From Alphaproteobacteria bacterium (GTDB lineage: Bacteria; Pseudomonadota; Alphaproteobacteria; GCA-2731375): a stretch of DNA of 64,000 bases. Positions within the stretch are counted from its first letter, which is position 1; the number at the start of each line of letters is the position of its first letter. The position numbers and the translations under genes are program-made. Shown here one piece after another: positions 1 through 11,750 of this stretch. The stretch covers positions 1,476 to 65,475 of the forward strand of contig VGEV01000001.1 in NCBI GenBank assembly GCA_016869175.1. The letters are read 5' to 3'. The notes beneath the pieces were generated by a model. The model saw only the letters and a program-made list of their open reading frames with translations. It ran no database searches and was not told the DNA's origin.

Positions 1-1
1 G

Positions 2-769
2 CGCCAGCGGGCGATGGAGGAACTGCGGGTGGCGCGCGACGTGGCCGATGCCGCGAACCGGGCCAAGTCTCAGTTCCTGGCCAACATGAGTCACGAATTG
101 CGCACCCCGCTCAACGCGATCATCGGTTTTTCCGAGGTGATGGGCGAGGAGATGTTCGGCCCCGTCGGCAACGAGACCTATCGCGGATACGTCGCCGACA
201 TCCATCGCAGCGCCCGCCACCTGCTGGCGATCATCTCCGACATCCTGGACATGTCGCGCATCGAGGCCGGCCAGTATCAGATCGAGGACGGCGAGGTCGC
301 GTTGCGTTCGCTGCTCGACGAAGTCATTGCCATGCTGGCGCCCTTGCTGCGCAATGCCGACCTCGCGCTGGATGCCAGCGGTGCCGGTTCAACATTATGC
401 GTGCGGGCCGACCGGCGCGTGCTGAAGCAGGTGCTGCTCAACATCCTGTCGAACTGCATCAAGTTCACGCCGGCAGGAGGGCGGATCGTGCTGCTCGCCC
501 GGGTGACCGAGACCGGCGCGCTGCGGCTGTGGGTCAGCGACACCGGGGAGGGGATCGCACCGGATCGGTTGCCGCGACTGTTCGAGCCGTTCCAGCAGGG
601 CGATGCCTCGCAGGCGCGCCGGCAAGGCGGCGCCGGGCTGGGTTTGTGGATCAGCCGGGGCTTGATGCAGGCGCATGGCGGGGACCTGTGGCTTGAGAGT
701 GCGCCGGGCCACGGCACCACCGCGCATCTCGTGCTGCCGGCCGATCGGGTGCTGCCGCCGGCCGCTTGA
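2..769 (+). CDS. Sensor histidine kinase, C-terminal part (HisKA + HATPase_c); 5' end lies outside the window
   Basis: Frame is open back to the window start. H-box MSHELRTPLNAIIGFSE. ATP-lid motifs DTGEGI and GGAGLGLWIS. Stop at 767-769. Confidence 0.85.
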   Translation, partial: RQRAMEELRVARDVADAANRAKSQFLANMSHELRTPLNAIIGFSEVMGEEMFGPVGNETYRGYVADIHRSARHLLAIISDILDMSRIEAGQYQIEDGEVALRSLLDEVIAMLAPLLRNADLALDASGAGSTLCVRADRRVLKQVLLNILSNCIKFTPAGGRIVLLARVTETGALRLWVSDTGEGIAPDRLPRLFEPFQQGDASQARRQGGAGLGLWISRGLMQAHGGDLWLESAPGHGTTAHLVLPADRVLPPAA

Positions 770-879
770 GCCGCTCCGACGGTGCACTCTGTTGCTGGCA
801 GGGGACGAAGGCCGGTGCTATAAACCGCCGCCCCGGATCGCCCTAGCGACGTCGACGCCGGGCACACGAACCGCGACCG

Positions 880-965
880 GCGGGCGTGGCGGAATTGGCA
901 GACGCGCCAGGTTTAGGTCCTGGTGATCGCAAGTCGTGGGGGTTCGAGTCCCTCCGCCCGCACCA
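880..965 (+). tRNA. tRNA-Leu (anticodon TAG), long variable arm, 3' CCA encoded
   Basis: Acceptor gcgggcg/cgcccgc. Anticodon stem ccagg/cctgg with loop tttaggt. T-loop ggttcgagtcc. Ends ..gcccgcacca. Confidence 0.85.
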
Positions 966-1020
966 ACGCGCGTCCTTGTTGGCCGACCGCTGCGCCCCTG
1001 TTCCTTGCCGAGAAGAATCC

Positions 1021-2385
1021 ATGCAAGTCCAGGAAACGTTGAACGAAGGTCTGAAGCGCGAGTACCAGGTGACGATCGCCGCCGCGGATATCGAGGGGCG
1101 GGTGGCCGGTCGGCTGGGCGAACTCGCGCAAACCGCCCGCTTGCCGGGCTTCCGGCCGGGCAAGGCGCCGGTCTCGCTGTTGCGCAAGATGCACGGCCGG
1201 GCGGTGCTGGGCGAAGTGCTGCAACAGACCCTCAACGAAAGCACCGCCAAGGCACTGCAGGAGCGCGAACTGCGGCCGGCGCTGCAGCCCAAGGTGGAGA
1301 TTCTGAAGTTCTCCGACGGCGCCGATCTGGAATACAAGGTGAGCATCGAACTGCTGCCGGACGTCGACCCTGGGGATTTCGCCGAGCTGGAGATCGAGCG
1401 CTTGGTCGCGGCGGTGAGCGAGGAAGAGGTCAGTCAGCGGCTGCAGCGGCTGGCCGACGACATGAAGAGCTACGTCGCCGCGGCCGAGGGCCAGGGCGCG
1501 CAGAACGGCGACCGTTTGACGCTGGATTTCGTCGGCTCGCTGGACGGCAAGGCCTTCTCCGGCGGCAGTGCGACCGACTATGCCCTGGTCTTGGGCGGTG
1601 GCGGTTTCGTGCCCGGCTTCGAGGACTCGGTGGTCGGCTTGAAGGCGGGCGAGAGCAGGCGCTTTCCGCTGAGCTTTCCGGCGGACTACGCGGCCAAGAA
1701 CCTGGCGGGCAAGGCCGTCGAGTTCGCCGTGACGGTGAAGAAGGTCGAGGTGGCGTTGCCGACCGCCGTGGACGATGGCCTGGCGGAAAAGCTGGGGCTG
1801 AAGACGCTGGACGAACTGCGCGGCACGGTGCAGCAGGCGGTGAGCCGCGAGCATGCGATGCTGTCGCGGGCGCGGACCAAGCGGCGGTTGCTGGATGCGT
1901 TGGCCGAGAGGCATCGGTTCGCGGTGCCGGAAGGCATGGTGGAAATGGAGTTCCAAGGCATCTGGCAGCAGTTCGAAGCGGAAATGAAGCGCCAGGGCAA
2001 GGCCGAGGCAGAATGGGAGAAGCCAGTCGAGGCGCTGAAGGCGGAGTACTGGGCGATCGCCGAGCGGCGGGTGCGACTGGGCCTGCTGCTGTCCGAGGTC
2101 GGCCGCCGGCAGAACCTGCAGGTCACGCAAGAGGAGCTGAATCGGGCGATCGCCGAACAGGCCCGTCGGTTCCCGGGTCAGGAACAGCGGGTGTTCCAGT
2201 TCTACCAGCAGAACCAGGAGGCGCAGACGCAGTTGAAGGCACCGATCCTGGAGGACAAGGTCTGCGATTTTATCCTGGAGATGGCGAAGGTTAGCGAGCG
2301 CGAGGTGGCCTTGGAGGAGCTTTTGCGCGAGCCCGACGAGCCGGCTGCGCCGCTGCCAGTGCCCGATCCGCAAGGCAATGGTTGA
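1021..2385 (+). CDS. tig: Trigger factor (ribosome-associated chaperone / PPIase)
   Basis: [20 protein letters not shown]-terminus is typical of trigger factor. Length is about 454 aa. Conserved tig-clpP-clpX-lon synteny. The ORF-track start at 886 overlaps the tRNA and is spurious. Confidence 0.93.
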   Translation: MQVQETLNEGLKREYQVTIAAADIEGRVAGRLGELAQTARLPGFRPGKAPVSLLRKMHGRAVLGEVLQQTLNESTAKALQERELRPALQPKVEILKFSDGADLEYKVSIELLPDVDPGDFAELEIERLVAAVSEEEVSQRLQRLADDMKSYVAAAEGQGAQNGDRLTLDFVGSLDGKAFSGGSATDYALVLGGGGFVPGFEDSVVGLKAGESRRFPLSFPADYAAKNLAGKAVEFAVTVKKVEVALPTAVDDGLAEKLGLKTLDELRGTVQQAVSREHAMLSRARTKRRLLDALAERHRFAVPEGMVEMEFQGIWQQFEAEMKRQGKAEAEWEKPVEALKAEYWAIAERRVRLGLLLSEVGRRQNLQVTQEELNRAIAEQARRFPGQEQRVFQFYQQNQEAQTQLKAPILEDKVCDFILEMAKVSEREVALEELLREPDEPAAPLPVPDPQGNG

Positions 2386-2411
2386 GGGGCCGGCCGCCCT
2401 ATATTAATCAT

Positions 2412-2432
2412 GCGCCAGTCTGGCGCTTCCTT
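2412..2432 (+). terminator. Candidate hairpin terminator/attenuator between tig and clpP (gcgcca-gtc-tggcgc then ttcctt)
   Basis: 6-bp GC stem with 3-nt loop followed by a weak U-rich tract. Inferred from sequence only. Confidence 0.3.
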
Positions 2433-2468
2433 AGCGGACACCCGTCCGCCGCAAGAAACGGTAACGGT

Positions 2469-3125
2469 ATGGCGACGCCCCACGACATCTACATGAACAT
2501 GCTGGTCCCGATGGTCATCGAACAGACCAATCGCGGCGAACGTGCGTATGATATCTATTCCCGTTTGCTAAAGGAAAGAATCATTTTTGTCGTTGGTCCG
2601 ATCAACGACGCCGTCTCCAGTTTGGTGACCGCCCAGCTATTGTTCCTTGAGGCGGAAAACCCGAGCAAAGACATTGCGATGTACATCAACTCTCCGGGCG
2701 GAATCGTTACCTCGGGCTTGGCGATCTATGATACGATGCAGTATGTCCGGCCGGACGTGTCGACGCTCTGTGTCGGTCAGGCGGCCTCGATGGGCTCGCT
2801 GCTGATGGCGGCCGGTGCGGCCGGCAAGCGCTATGCCCTGCCGAATGCCCGGATCATGGTCCACCAGCCCTCTGGCGGTTTCCAGGGGCAGGCCACCGAT
2901 ATCGAGATCCACGCCCGCGAAATCCTGGAGTTGCGCGAGCGGCTCAACCGTATCTATGTGACACATACGGGACAGAGCCTGGAGGCGATCGAGCGGACCA
3001 TGGAGCGCGATACCTTCCTCTCCGCCGAAAAGGCCAAGGAATTCGGCATTATCGATGAAGTGGTCGTGCATCGGCCGCGGAGCGAGGAGGCGGTTGCCGC
3101 CGCCGGCGGCGGCAACGGCCGCTAG
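2469..3125 (+). CDS. clpP: ATP-dependent Clp protease proteolytic subunit ClpP
   Basis: [29 protein letters not shown] and [14 protein letters not shown] (active-site Ser region). Alternative start at MNM (2496). Confidence 0.95.
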   Translation: MATPHDIYMNMLVPMVIEQTNRGERAYDIYSRLLKERIIFVVGPINDAVSSLVTAQLLFLEAENPSKDIAMYINSPGGIVTSGLAIYDTMQYVRPDVSTLCVGQAASMGSLLMAAGAAGKRYALPNARIMVHQPSGGFQGQATDIEIHAREILELRERLNRIYVTHTGQSLEAIERTMERDTFLSAEKAKEFGIIDEVVVHRPRSEEAVAAAGGGNGR

Positions 3126-3285
3126 GGCCGGGGGAAGGGTTTTACGAAGTGTTGAACGGGCCGCCGATACCGTGGTCGTATGGCGGGCGGGGTAGCACCC
3201 GGGGCGCGAGCGGGCGGCCCGGCCCGGCCGGGATCGAACGGCAAGGTCTTTGCACAGTCCGCCACAAGGCGGATACGGGGTGTCC

Positions 3286-4551
3286 ATGACGAAGCTGAGC
3301 GGCAGCGATCCCAAGAACACGCTTTACTGCTCCTTCTGCGGCAAGAGCCAGCACGAGGTGCGAAAGCTGATCGCCGGCCCGACGGTGTTCATTTGCGATG
3401 AATGCGTCGAGCTGTGCATGGACATCATTCGTGAGGAGAACAAGAGCTCGCTGGTCCGCCCGAAGGACGGGGTGCCGTCTCCGCGCGACATCTGCAAGGT
3501 GCTGGACGATTACGTGATTGGCCAGGCCCATGCCAAGCGGGTGTTGGCGGTTGCGGTGCACAACCACTACAAGCGGCTGCACAACGGCACCAAGAGCAAC
3601 GACGTCGAGATCCAGAAGTCCAACATCTTGCTGATCGGGCCGACCGGCTGTGGCAAGACCCTGTTGGCGCAGACCTTGGCGCGGGTCATCGACGTGCCGT
3701 TCACCATGGCCGACGCCACCACGCTGACCGAAGCCGGCTATGTCGGCGAGGATGTTGAGAACATCATCCTGCGGCTGCTGCAAGCCGCCGACTACAATGT
3801 CGAGCGGGCGCAGCGCGGCATCGTCTATATCGACGAGGTCGACAAGATCAGCCGCAAGTCGGACCACCCCTCAATCACTCGCGACGTATCGGGCGAGGGC
3901 GTGCAGCAGGCGCTGCTCAAGATCATGGAGGGCACCGTTGCCAGCGTGCCGCCGCAGGGCGGCCGCAAGCACCCGCAGCAGGAGTTCTTGCAGGTCGACA
4001 CCACCAACATCCTGTTCATTTGCGGCGGCGCGTTCTCCGGGCTCGACAAGCTCATCTCCGCGCGCGGTCGCGGCAGCTCGATCGGTTTTGGTGCCGATGT
4101 GCGGGCCCCCGACGAGGGCTCGATCGGCGAAATCCTGCAGCGGATCGAGCCCGAGGATCTGCTGCGCTTCGGTCTCATCCCGGAATTCGTCGGACGCCTG
4201 CCGGTGGTGGCGACGCTGACCGACTTGAGCGAGGACGCGCTGGTCGAGATCCTGGTCAAGCCGAAAAACGCCCTGTCGAAGCAGTATCAGCGCCTGTTGG
4301 AGATGGAGAGCTGCCGGCTAACCTTTACCGAGGACGCGCTGCGCGGCATCGCGCGCAAGGCGATCCTGCGCAAGACCGGAGCCCGCGGCTTGCGTTCGAT
4401 CATGGAAGGCATCCTGCTGAATACCATGTATGAGCTGCCTTCGGCCGAAGGCGTTGAGGAAGTGGTGGTCAACGCCGAGGTGGTTCAGAACGGCAGCAGG
4501 CCGCTCTATATATACTCCGACCGACGCGAGGATGTCGGCACCGGAGCCTGA
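3286..4551 (+). CDS. clpX: ATP-dependent Clp protease ATP-binding subunit ClpX
   Basis: Zinc-finger [27 protein letters not shown]. Walker A GPTGCGKT. Start ATG at 3286 within ORF 3250-4551. Confidence 0.96.
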   Translation: MTKLSGSDPKNTLYCSFCGKSQHEVRKLIAGPTVFICDECVELCMDIIREENKSSLVRPKDGVPSPRDICKVLDDYVIGQAHAKRVLAVAVHNHYKRLHNGTKSNDVEIQKSNILLIGPTGCGKTLLAQTLARVIDVPFTMADATTLTEAGYVGEDVENIILRLLQAADYNVERAQRGIVYIDEVDKISRKSDHPSITRDVSGEGVQQALLKIMEGTVASVPPQGGRKHPQQEFLQVDTTNILFICGGAFSGLDKLISARGRGSSIGFGADVRAPDEGSIGEILQRIEPEDLLRFGLIPEFVGRLPVVATLTDLSEDALVEILVKPKNALSKQYQRLLEMESCRLTFTEDALRGIARKAILRKTGARGLRSIMEGILLNTMYELPSAEGVEEVVVNAEVVQNGSRPLYIYSDRREDVGTGA

Positions 4552-4658
4552 GCGGACAGTCTGGCCGGGCCAGCGCCAGCGCTTGCTGACAGGTCGGTAA
4601 TGGGGTCCGGCGCGGCACGGCCAAACGGCCGGGCGGCGCCGAAGGGGTGAGGTTGAAG

Positions 4659-7067
<2,409 letters not shown>

Positions 7068-7085
7068 GCCATGGTGCTTGTCACC

Positions 7086-7114
7086 CGCCCGGAATACGGG
7101 CGTGGTTTGGCTTT
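7086..7114 (+). terminator. Candidate lon terminator hairpin (cgcccg-gaata-cgggcg followed by tggtttggcttt)
   Basis: 6-bp GC stem with 5-nt loop and an interrupted T-rich tract 19 nt after the lon stop. Confidence 0.35.
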
Positions 7115-7224
7115 GACGCTGTCAGCGGGCGACGCCTAAAGTGATCGTTGGTCGTGCGTGACCCGGCTGTCACAACGAGGTTCCAACAACCCGGGTGGGG
7201 CGCGTTTGTGTCGAGGGAGCCAAG

Positions 7225-7497
7225 ATGAACAAGAACGATCTGGTCGCCGCGGTGGCGGATGCCGCCAGCTTGCCCAAGAACGATGCCCAGCGTGCTGTCG
7301 ACGCGGTGTTCGACGTACTGACCGGGGCCTTGAAGAAAGGCGAAGAGATCCGTTTGGTCGGATTTGGCACCTTCGTTGTAAAGGCGCGCGAGGCGAGCGA
7401 AGGACGCAACCCGCGCACCGGCGAGACGATCCGCATCCCGGCCTCGCGTCAGGTCAAGTTCCGCGCCGGCAAGGGCTTGAAGGACGAAGTCAACTGA
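7225..7497 (+). CDS. hupB: DNA-binding protein HU
   Basis: MNKNDLVAAVA...GFGTFVVKAREASEGRNPRTGETIRIPA is a canonical HU fold signature. 90 aa. Confidence 0.95.
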   Translation: MNKNDLVAAVADAASLPKNDAQRAVDAVFDVLTGALKKGEEIRLVGFGTFVVKAREASEGRNPRTGETIRIPASRQVKFRAGKGLKDEVN

Positions 7498-7547
7498 ACC
7501 GACGCGGCTTGCGCTGCCGGCCCACTGCGGGCAGTCTCGGTCGGCCG

Positions 7548-7622
7548 GGCGGTTAGCTCAGCCGGTAGAGCATCTCGTTTACACCGAGAGGGTCGGCGGT
7601 TCGATCCCGTCACCGCCCACCA
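7548..7622 (+). tRNA. tRNA-Val (anticodon TAC)
   Basis: gggcggttagctcagccggtagagc...ctcgtttacaccgag...ggttcgatccc..caccgcccacca. Acceptor gggcggt/accgccc. Confidence 0.85.
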
Positions 7623-7677
7623 GCGTTAGCAGAGACAGGTGGATTGAGCAGCCGCGCGCGATCGGCCGCGCGCGCGT

Positions 7678-9213
7678 TCAGGTTGCGCTTCCGCGGGCGC
7701 CAGCGGCGGCGAGCAGCGTTGCGAACAGGCTCGCGTCGTTGACGATGCGCGGCACCTTGTGCTGGCCGCCCAGTTGCCCGCGCGCGCGCATCCAGCCGGC
7801 GAAGAAGCCGGGGGCGACGGCCAGCACCTGGGGCGCGCCCAGGCCGAAGCCACCGCCGCGATGGCCGCGATAGTCGTCGTTTGCGTCGCTGAGATGAGTG
7901 TCGAGCGTCGCGGCGAACCGGACGATGGCATCGCTCGGCTGGGCGGTTGCGAACTCGACCACATAGACGTGGTGGCTGAGCGCACCGGGCGTCGCGGGCA
8001 GGCGGGCGCCCAGTGCATAGTCGGTGACATCGGCGCCGATCGCGCCGGCGGCGGCGGCAATGGCGGCCTCCACCTCCTCGACGATCAAGTGCTCGCCAAA
8101 GGCCGACATCGTCTGGCCGACGCGGCCGGTGATGGCCAGGCGCGGCGGGTCCCGCGAGACGAGGCGCACCGTGTCGCCCAGCAGATAACTCCAGGCCCCG
8201 GCGCAGGTGCTGAGCGCAAGCGCGTAATCGACGCCGAGTTCCGCGTCGCCGAGCCAGTGCCGGCGGGGCGAGGCGGCGGCGAGCTCGGCGCTCGGCACGA
8301 ATTCATAGAACAGGCCGTTGTCGAGGTTGAGGCGCAGGCCTTCGCCCGGGCCGCGGTCGGCGCTGGCGATGAAGCCTTCGCTGGCCGGGTAGACTTCGCG
8401 ATAGTCCACGTGGCTGCCCAGCAATTCGCCAAAGCGGTGGCGATAGGGCCTGAAGTCAACGCCGCCGTGCAGCAGCAGTTCGAGCTTGGGAAACGGCGCC
8501 GGCGGCTGGCCGCGGGCCTGGCGCAGCGCGCGCATGCGGTCGAGCAGGATCAGCAACCAGCTTGGCGTGCCGGTCAGAATGCGGATATCGCGATTGAGCG
8601 CGGCGTTGGCCAGTCGCTCGATCTTGATGTCCCAGTCCTTGAGCAGCGCCAGCCCGCGGTCGGGGAAACCGAATGGCCGCGCCCAGCGGGGCGTCGTCGC
8701 GACCGCGATCCCCGAGAGGTCGCCCGAGGCGACGCCCGGTGCCTCGGGGGTCAGGTTGCTGGCCCCGCCCAGCATGAAGGCGCGCCCGGCGAAGGCGCGC
8801 GATCGGGGGCGCGCCAGCAGGTGATGCACGATGACGTCGAGGCCGGCGCGGACGTTCGAACGGCACATTGCGGCGGTCACCGGTATGTATTTGCTGCGTC
8901 CGCTGGTGGTGCCGGAGGTGACGGCGAAAAACGGCACCAGGCCCGGCCAGGAAACATCGACCAGGCGCGGGAAGGCGGGCTGCCACCAGTCGCGCCAGAA
9001 GTCCTCGTAGCGACGGAGTGGCACGCGAGCCAGGTAGTCGGGCACCTCGCGGATGGCGTCGAAGCCATGCTCCCGGCCGAAGCGCGTCGCGGTCGCCTGG
9101 CCGACCAGCTTGAGGAGCTGCCGGCGCTGGCTGGCGACCGCGTGAAGCGCGGCCAACTGCCGTCCGCGCCAGGCGGCGTAGAGCCGGAAAAGGGGGGTGG
9201 CGTCCGGCCGCAT
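7678..9213 (-). CDS. GH3-family acyl-acid amido synthetase (adenylate-forming, auxin-responsive GH3 / IaaL-like superfamily)
   Basis: GH3 motif 1 TSGTTSGRSKYIPVT, motif 2 VYPASEGFIA, motif 3 YLLGDTVRL. 511 aa, no signal peptide. Start codon lies 6 nt downstream of the acylase stop, so the two are likely co-transcribed. Confidence 0.75.
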   Translation of the reverse strand: MRPDATPLFRLYAAWRGRQLAALHAVASQRRQLLKLVGQATATRFGREHGFDAIREVPDYLARVPLRRYEDFWRDWWQPAFPRLVDVSWPGLVPFFAVTSGTTSGRSKYIPVTAAMCRSNVRAGLDVIVHHLLARPRSRAFAGRAFMLGGASNLTPEAPGVASGDLSGIAVATTPRWARPFGFPDRGLALLKDWDIKIERLANAALNRDIRILTGTPSWLLILLDRMRALRQARGQPPAPFPKLELLLHGGVDFRPYRHRFGELLGSHVDYREVYPASEGFIASADRGPGEGLRLNLDNGLFYEFVPSAELAAASPRRHWLGDAELGVDYALALSTCAGAWSYLLGDTVRLVSRDPPRLAITGRVGQTMSAFGEHLIVEEVEAAIAAAAGAIGADVTDYALGARLPATPGALSHHVYVVEFATAQPSDAIVRFAATLDTHLSDANDDYRGHRGGGFGLGAPQVLAVAPGFFAGWMRARGQLGGQHKVPRIVNDASLFATLLAAAGARGSAT

Positions 9214-9219
9214 GCCGGC

Positions 9220-11481
9220 TCAGCGGCGCGCCGGTTTGAGCCGGGTGAGCAGCGGGAACTCGCTCGCCACCCGTTCCGCCGTCAGCGGCATGCGCACATA
9301 TTGGCCGGCGCGCCAGAGCAAGATCTGGTCGGCGAAATTGGCCGAGCCGAGCCAGCCGTCGTTGCCGCCATAGAGCACGAACCAGTTGGCGTCGGGGTCG
9401 CTCATGTCGGATATATGCCGCGTCTGCGACCCATAGCGGGCGGCGTGGCGCTCACGCACCAGGTCGTGGGCGGTTTTCATCGCGGTCTCGCGGCTGCCGC
9501 CGGCTGGCGCGTCGCCATAGACGAACAACTCGCCGATGACCGGCAGCAGCGACAGCAGATGCGCGACCTTCAGGCGGTGCATGTCGCCCCAGGTGGCGAA
9601 GCGGGCCGCGTCGCGCGCCGCCGCCGCGACCGCCCGCCGCAGCAGCGCCTCGCGCGCCGCCGCCGGACGGGCATCGATATCGCCGATCAGGAACTCGGTC
9701 AGGTAGTTCCATTGCTGCGCCTGGGCCGGCAGCTCGGCCGGCCGTTCGGCCTGGAACAGGTCCAGGGTCAGGTGATAGAGTAGTGCCTCGAAGGCAACCG
9801 CCCCGTTCGCGCTCGCGGCGTAATCACCATCCCAACCCCTGAGCCGGGCAATGAAGGCGGCCTCGCCCGGCCCGCCCGGGAGCGCCTCAAGCCGGTCGAG
9901 CAGGGCGCGGCAAAGCTGGGCCGCGTCCTGCGAGAGCGTGTCGGTTTGCAATGCGATCAAGTCCGCAACCGTCACCCGCGGCCGCGCCGCCAGGAATTGC
10001 TGTAGCCGGCGCACGCGCTCGTCGTCGCTGAAGAAGAAGCCGACGGGCACGGCGGTGTCGGGTCGGTTGTTGGCGGAGGCGAGGAAGCCTTCGGTCAGGT
10101 TGAGCGAATAGGGCAGGTCGAGCGCGCCCAGCCGGCCGTTCCAGGCGGCATTGGGATCGTCCGGCCGTTGCACCAGGTCGGGCTCCACCAGCTTGCGGCG
10201 GCCGGGCAGCCTGGCGGCCATGAGTTGGCCGATATTGCCCGCGCGATCGGCGAACAGGATGTTCTGCGCCGAGACGCCGAAGCTGGCGAAGGACCGGCGG
10301 AACTCCTCCGGCGTGGTGGCCCGGGCGGCGCCCAGCATGGCGGTGATCTCGTCGCTTGGCTCGTGCCCGACCCAGCGCAGCGCCAGCCGCTCAGCCGCCC
10401 CGGTGCCCAGCAGACCGGCATCGGAGATCAGCGGCCCCAGCGGACTTTGCCGCAGCGGGCGCTCGGCGGCGAACCAGAAACGCCGCGCGATGCGGGTGCG
10501 GCGTTCGGTGATGGCGTCGGCCGGCAGGGTCGAGACATCGAACAGATCGCTGGCGGCGGCGCGCATGTTGGTGCCACCCCAGGCAAAATGCGACGAGCAG
10601 CCGACCGCCACCACCGGCAGGCCGGGCGGCATCAGGCCGACAATCTGGAAACTGGGCGAACGCAGCCCGGCGATCAGCCAGAGGTTCGGCAAGGACAGCC
10701 CCAGATGCGGGTCGTTGGCGAGCAGGGCGCCGCCGCTGGCGCTGCGGGTCGGCGCCACCGCGACGCTGTTGGAGCCGCTCTTGCCGAATCCGTTCAACAG
10801 ATCGTTGAGCAGGCTTTGCCGGCTGTCGGCGCGGAAGCTCACGGCGGCGTTGGCGCCGGCCTGCCGGGAACGCCGCCACCACTCGGCGAAGTCCGGCCGC
10901 CCGCGTTCGCGCAGGATGGCGAAATAGGCGAACCAGTTGACATCGGCGCCGGCCAGACGCCCGATGCCAATCAGGTCCTCCGCCGTCCACGGCTCGGCGC
11001 GCAGGCCCAGCAGAGCGAATTCCGGCGGTGGCGCCGGCGCCGCGCGCTGATAGGCGTTCAGGCCCTCGACGAAGGCGTCGAGCCAAGCCCGGCTCTCCGC
11101 CGGCATCGCGGCCAGGATCGGCTTGGCGGCGCGGCCGAGGTCGAGGATGCGCAAGGCATGGTCGACCTCGGTGGCGAAGGAACCGGCCAGTTCGGACAGC
11201 CGGCCTTGCACCACGCGCTTGGCGGCGGCCAATTGCGCGCCCCGCAGGTGGGCATGGACCAGGCCCAGCGCCAGTGCCAGATCGGGATCGGTTTGCGCTT
11301 CGATATAAGGCACTTGGCGCGCGTTCCAGCGAATGGTGACGGTGCGTTCCAGACCCGGCACGACGGTGGGCATGGCACGCAGCCGCTCCTCGGTGCCGCG
11401 CGGGCTGGGGTTGAGCGCGGCACAGCCCGACAGCGCGAACGCCAGCACGGCAAGGCCGGCGCGTCGGTGCGAACTGGTCAT
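9220..11481 (-). CDS. Penicillin amidase / acyl-homoserine-lactone acylase family protein (peptidase S45, Ntn-hydrolase), predicted lipoprotein
   Basis: Lipobox LAFALSGC in the signal peptide. Autoprocessing and nucleophile region GSNSVAVAP...GGALLANDPHLGLSLPNLW is typical of the PGA/PvdQ/QuiP family. 753 aa. Confidence 0.82.
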   Translation of the reverse strand: MTSSHRRAGLAVLAFALSGCAALNPSPRGTEERLRAMPTVVPGLERTVTIRWNARQVPYIEAQTDPDLALALGLVHAHLRGAQLAAAKRVVQGRLSELAGSFATEVDHALRILDLGRAAKPILAAMPAESRAWLDAFVEGLNAYQRAAPAPPPEFALLGLRAEPWTAEDLIGIGRLAGADVNWFAYFAILRERGRPDFAEWWRRSRQAGANAAVSFRADSRQSLLNDLLNGFGKSGSNSVAVAPTRSASGGALLANDPHLGLSLPNLWLIAGLRSPSFQIVGLMPPGLPVVAVGCSSHFAWGGTNMRAAASDLFDVSTLPADAITERRTRIARRFWFAAERPLRQSPLGPLISDAGLLGTGAAERLALRWVGHEPSDEITAMLGAARATTPEEFRRSFASFGVSAQNILFADRAGNIGQLMAARLPGRRKLVEPDLVQRPDDPNAAWNGRLGALDLPYSLNLTEGFLASANNRPDTAVPVGFFFSDDERVRRLQQFLAARPRVTVADLIALQTDTLSQDAAQLCRALLDRLEALPGGPGEAAFIARLRGWDGDYAASANGAVAFEALLYHLTLDLFQAERPAELPAQAQQWNYLTEFLIGDIDARPAAAREALLRRAVAAAARDAARFATWGDMHRLKVAHLLSLLPVIGELFVYGDAPAGGSRETAMKTAHDLVRERHAARYGSQTRHISDMSDPDANWFVLYGGNDGWLGSANFADQILLWRAGQYVRMPLTAERVASEFPLLTRLKPARR

Positions 11482-11559
11482 GAATGCCCCCTTGGCTCAA
11501 GCCCCGATCGCCCGCACGACCAATGGAAAGTTAATCTTGTTCGGCCAGGATGAAAGACA

Positions 11560-11573
11560 AGCGGCATGCCGCT
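11560..11573. promoter_or_regulatory. 14-bp perfect palindrome AGCGGCATGCCGCT in the upstream region of the acylase-GH3 operon (candidate operator)
   Basis: Reverse complement is identical to the sequence. Located about 80-90 bp upstream of the acylase start codon (minus strand). Not part of tRNA-Asp. Confidence 0.3.
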
Positions 11574-11601
11574 GCCGTTCCCCGCGGATGCGCGGATGTC
11601 C

Positions 11602-11631
11602 TTGACTTGGCGCTTGCCGGGACCCTACAAA
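11602..11631 (+). promoter_or_regulatory. Sigma-70-like promoter for tRNA-Asp (and probably read-through into nuo): -35 TTGACT, 18-nt spacer, -10 TACAAA
   Basis: TTGACT at 11602-11607 and TACAAA at 11626-11631. tRNA starts at 11644. Confidence 0.45.
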
Positions 11632-11643
11632 CGGCCTCGCGCC

Positions 11644-11720
11644 GGGGGCGTAGCTCAGTCGGTTAGAGCGCCGGCCTGTCACGCCGGAGGTCGCGGGTTC
11701 GAGCCCCGTCGCTCCCGCCA
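11644..11720 (+). tRNA. tRNA-Asp (anticodon GTC)
   Basis: gggggcgtagctcagtcggttagagcgccggcctgtcacgccggaggtcgcgggttcgagccccgtcgctcccgcca, near-identical in architecture to E. coli tRNA-Asp. Confidence 0.88.
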
Positions 11721-11750
11721 CTTGCGTGCCTCTGCCGCCTGTTCCTGGGG

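Noticed and set aside
2382-2404. Possible sigma-32 heat-shock promoter for clpP (TTGAGG ... CCCTATAT)
   Set aside because: The -10-like CCCTATAT resembles CCCCATAT, but the only TTG-containing -35 candidate is 9 nt away (13-17 nt expected). CCCNAT strings are common by chance at this GC content. Left as unproven.
4590-4625. CCCCATTA with TTGGCC 13 nt upstream on the minus strand between clpX and lon (sigma-32-like, pointing antisense into clpX)
   Set aside because: The orientation makes no biological sense for lon or clpX expression. It is probably a chance match in GC-rich DNA.
7649-7676. (CG)n-rich inverted repeat gccgcgcgcg-atcggc-cgcgcgcgcg between tRNA-Val and the GH3 stop
   Set aside because: An alternating CG tract is trivially self-complementary. 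There is no flanking U-tract on either strand, so it is not a credible intrinsic terminator. It was not called as a repeat element because it is a single copy.
7623-11643. Genomic island / integrative mobile element at the tRNA-Val/tRNA-Asp locus
   Set aside because: No integrase, transposase or phage genes are present. There is no convincing direct repeat of the tRNA-Val 3' end at the far boundary (only a weak resemblance around 11500-11520). GC and codon usage are indistinguishable from flanking core genes. It is an accessory insertion, but not demonstrably a mobile element.
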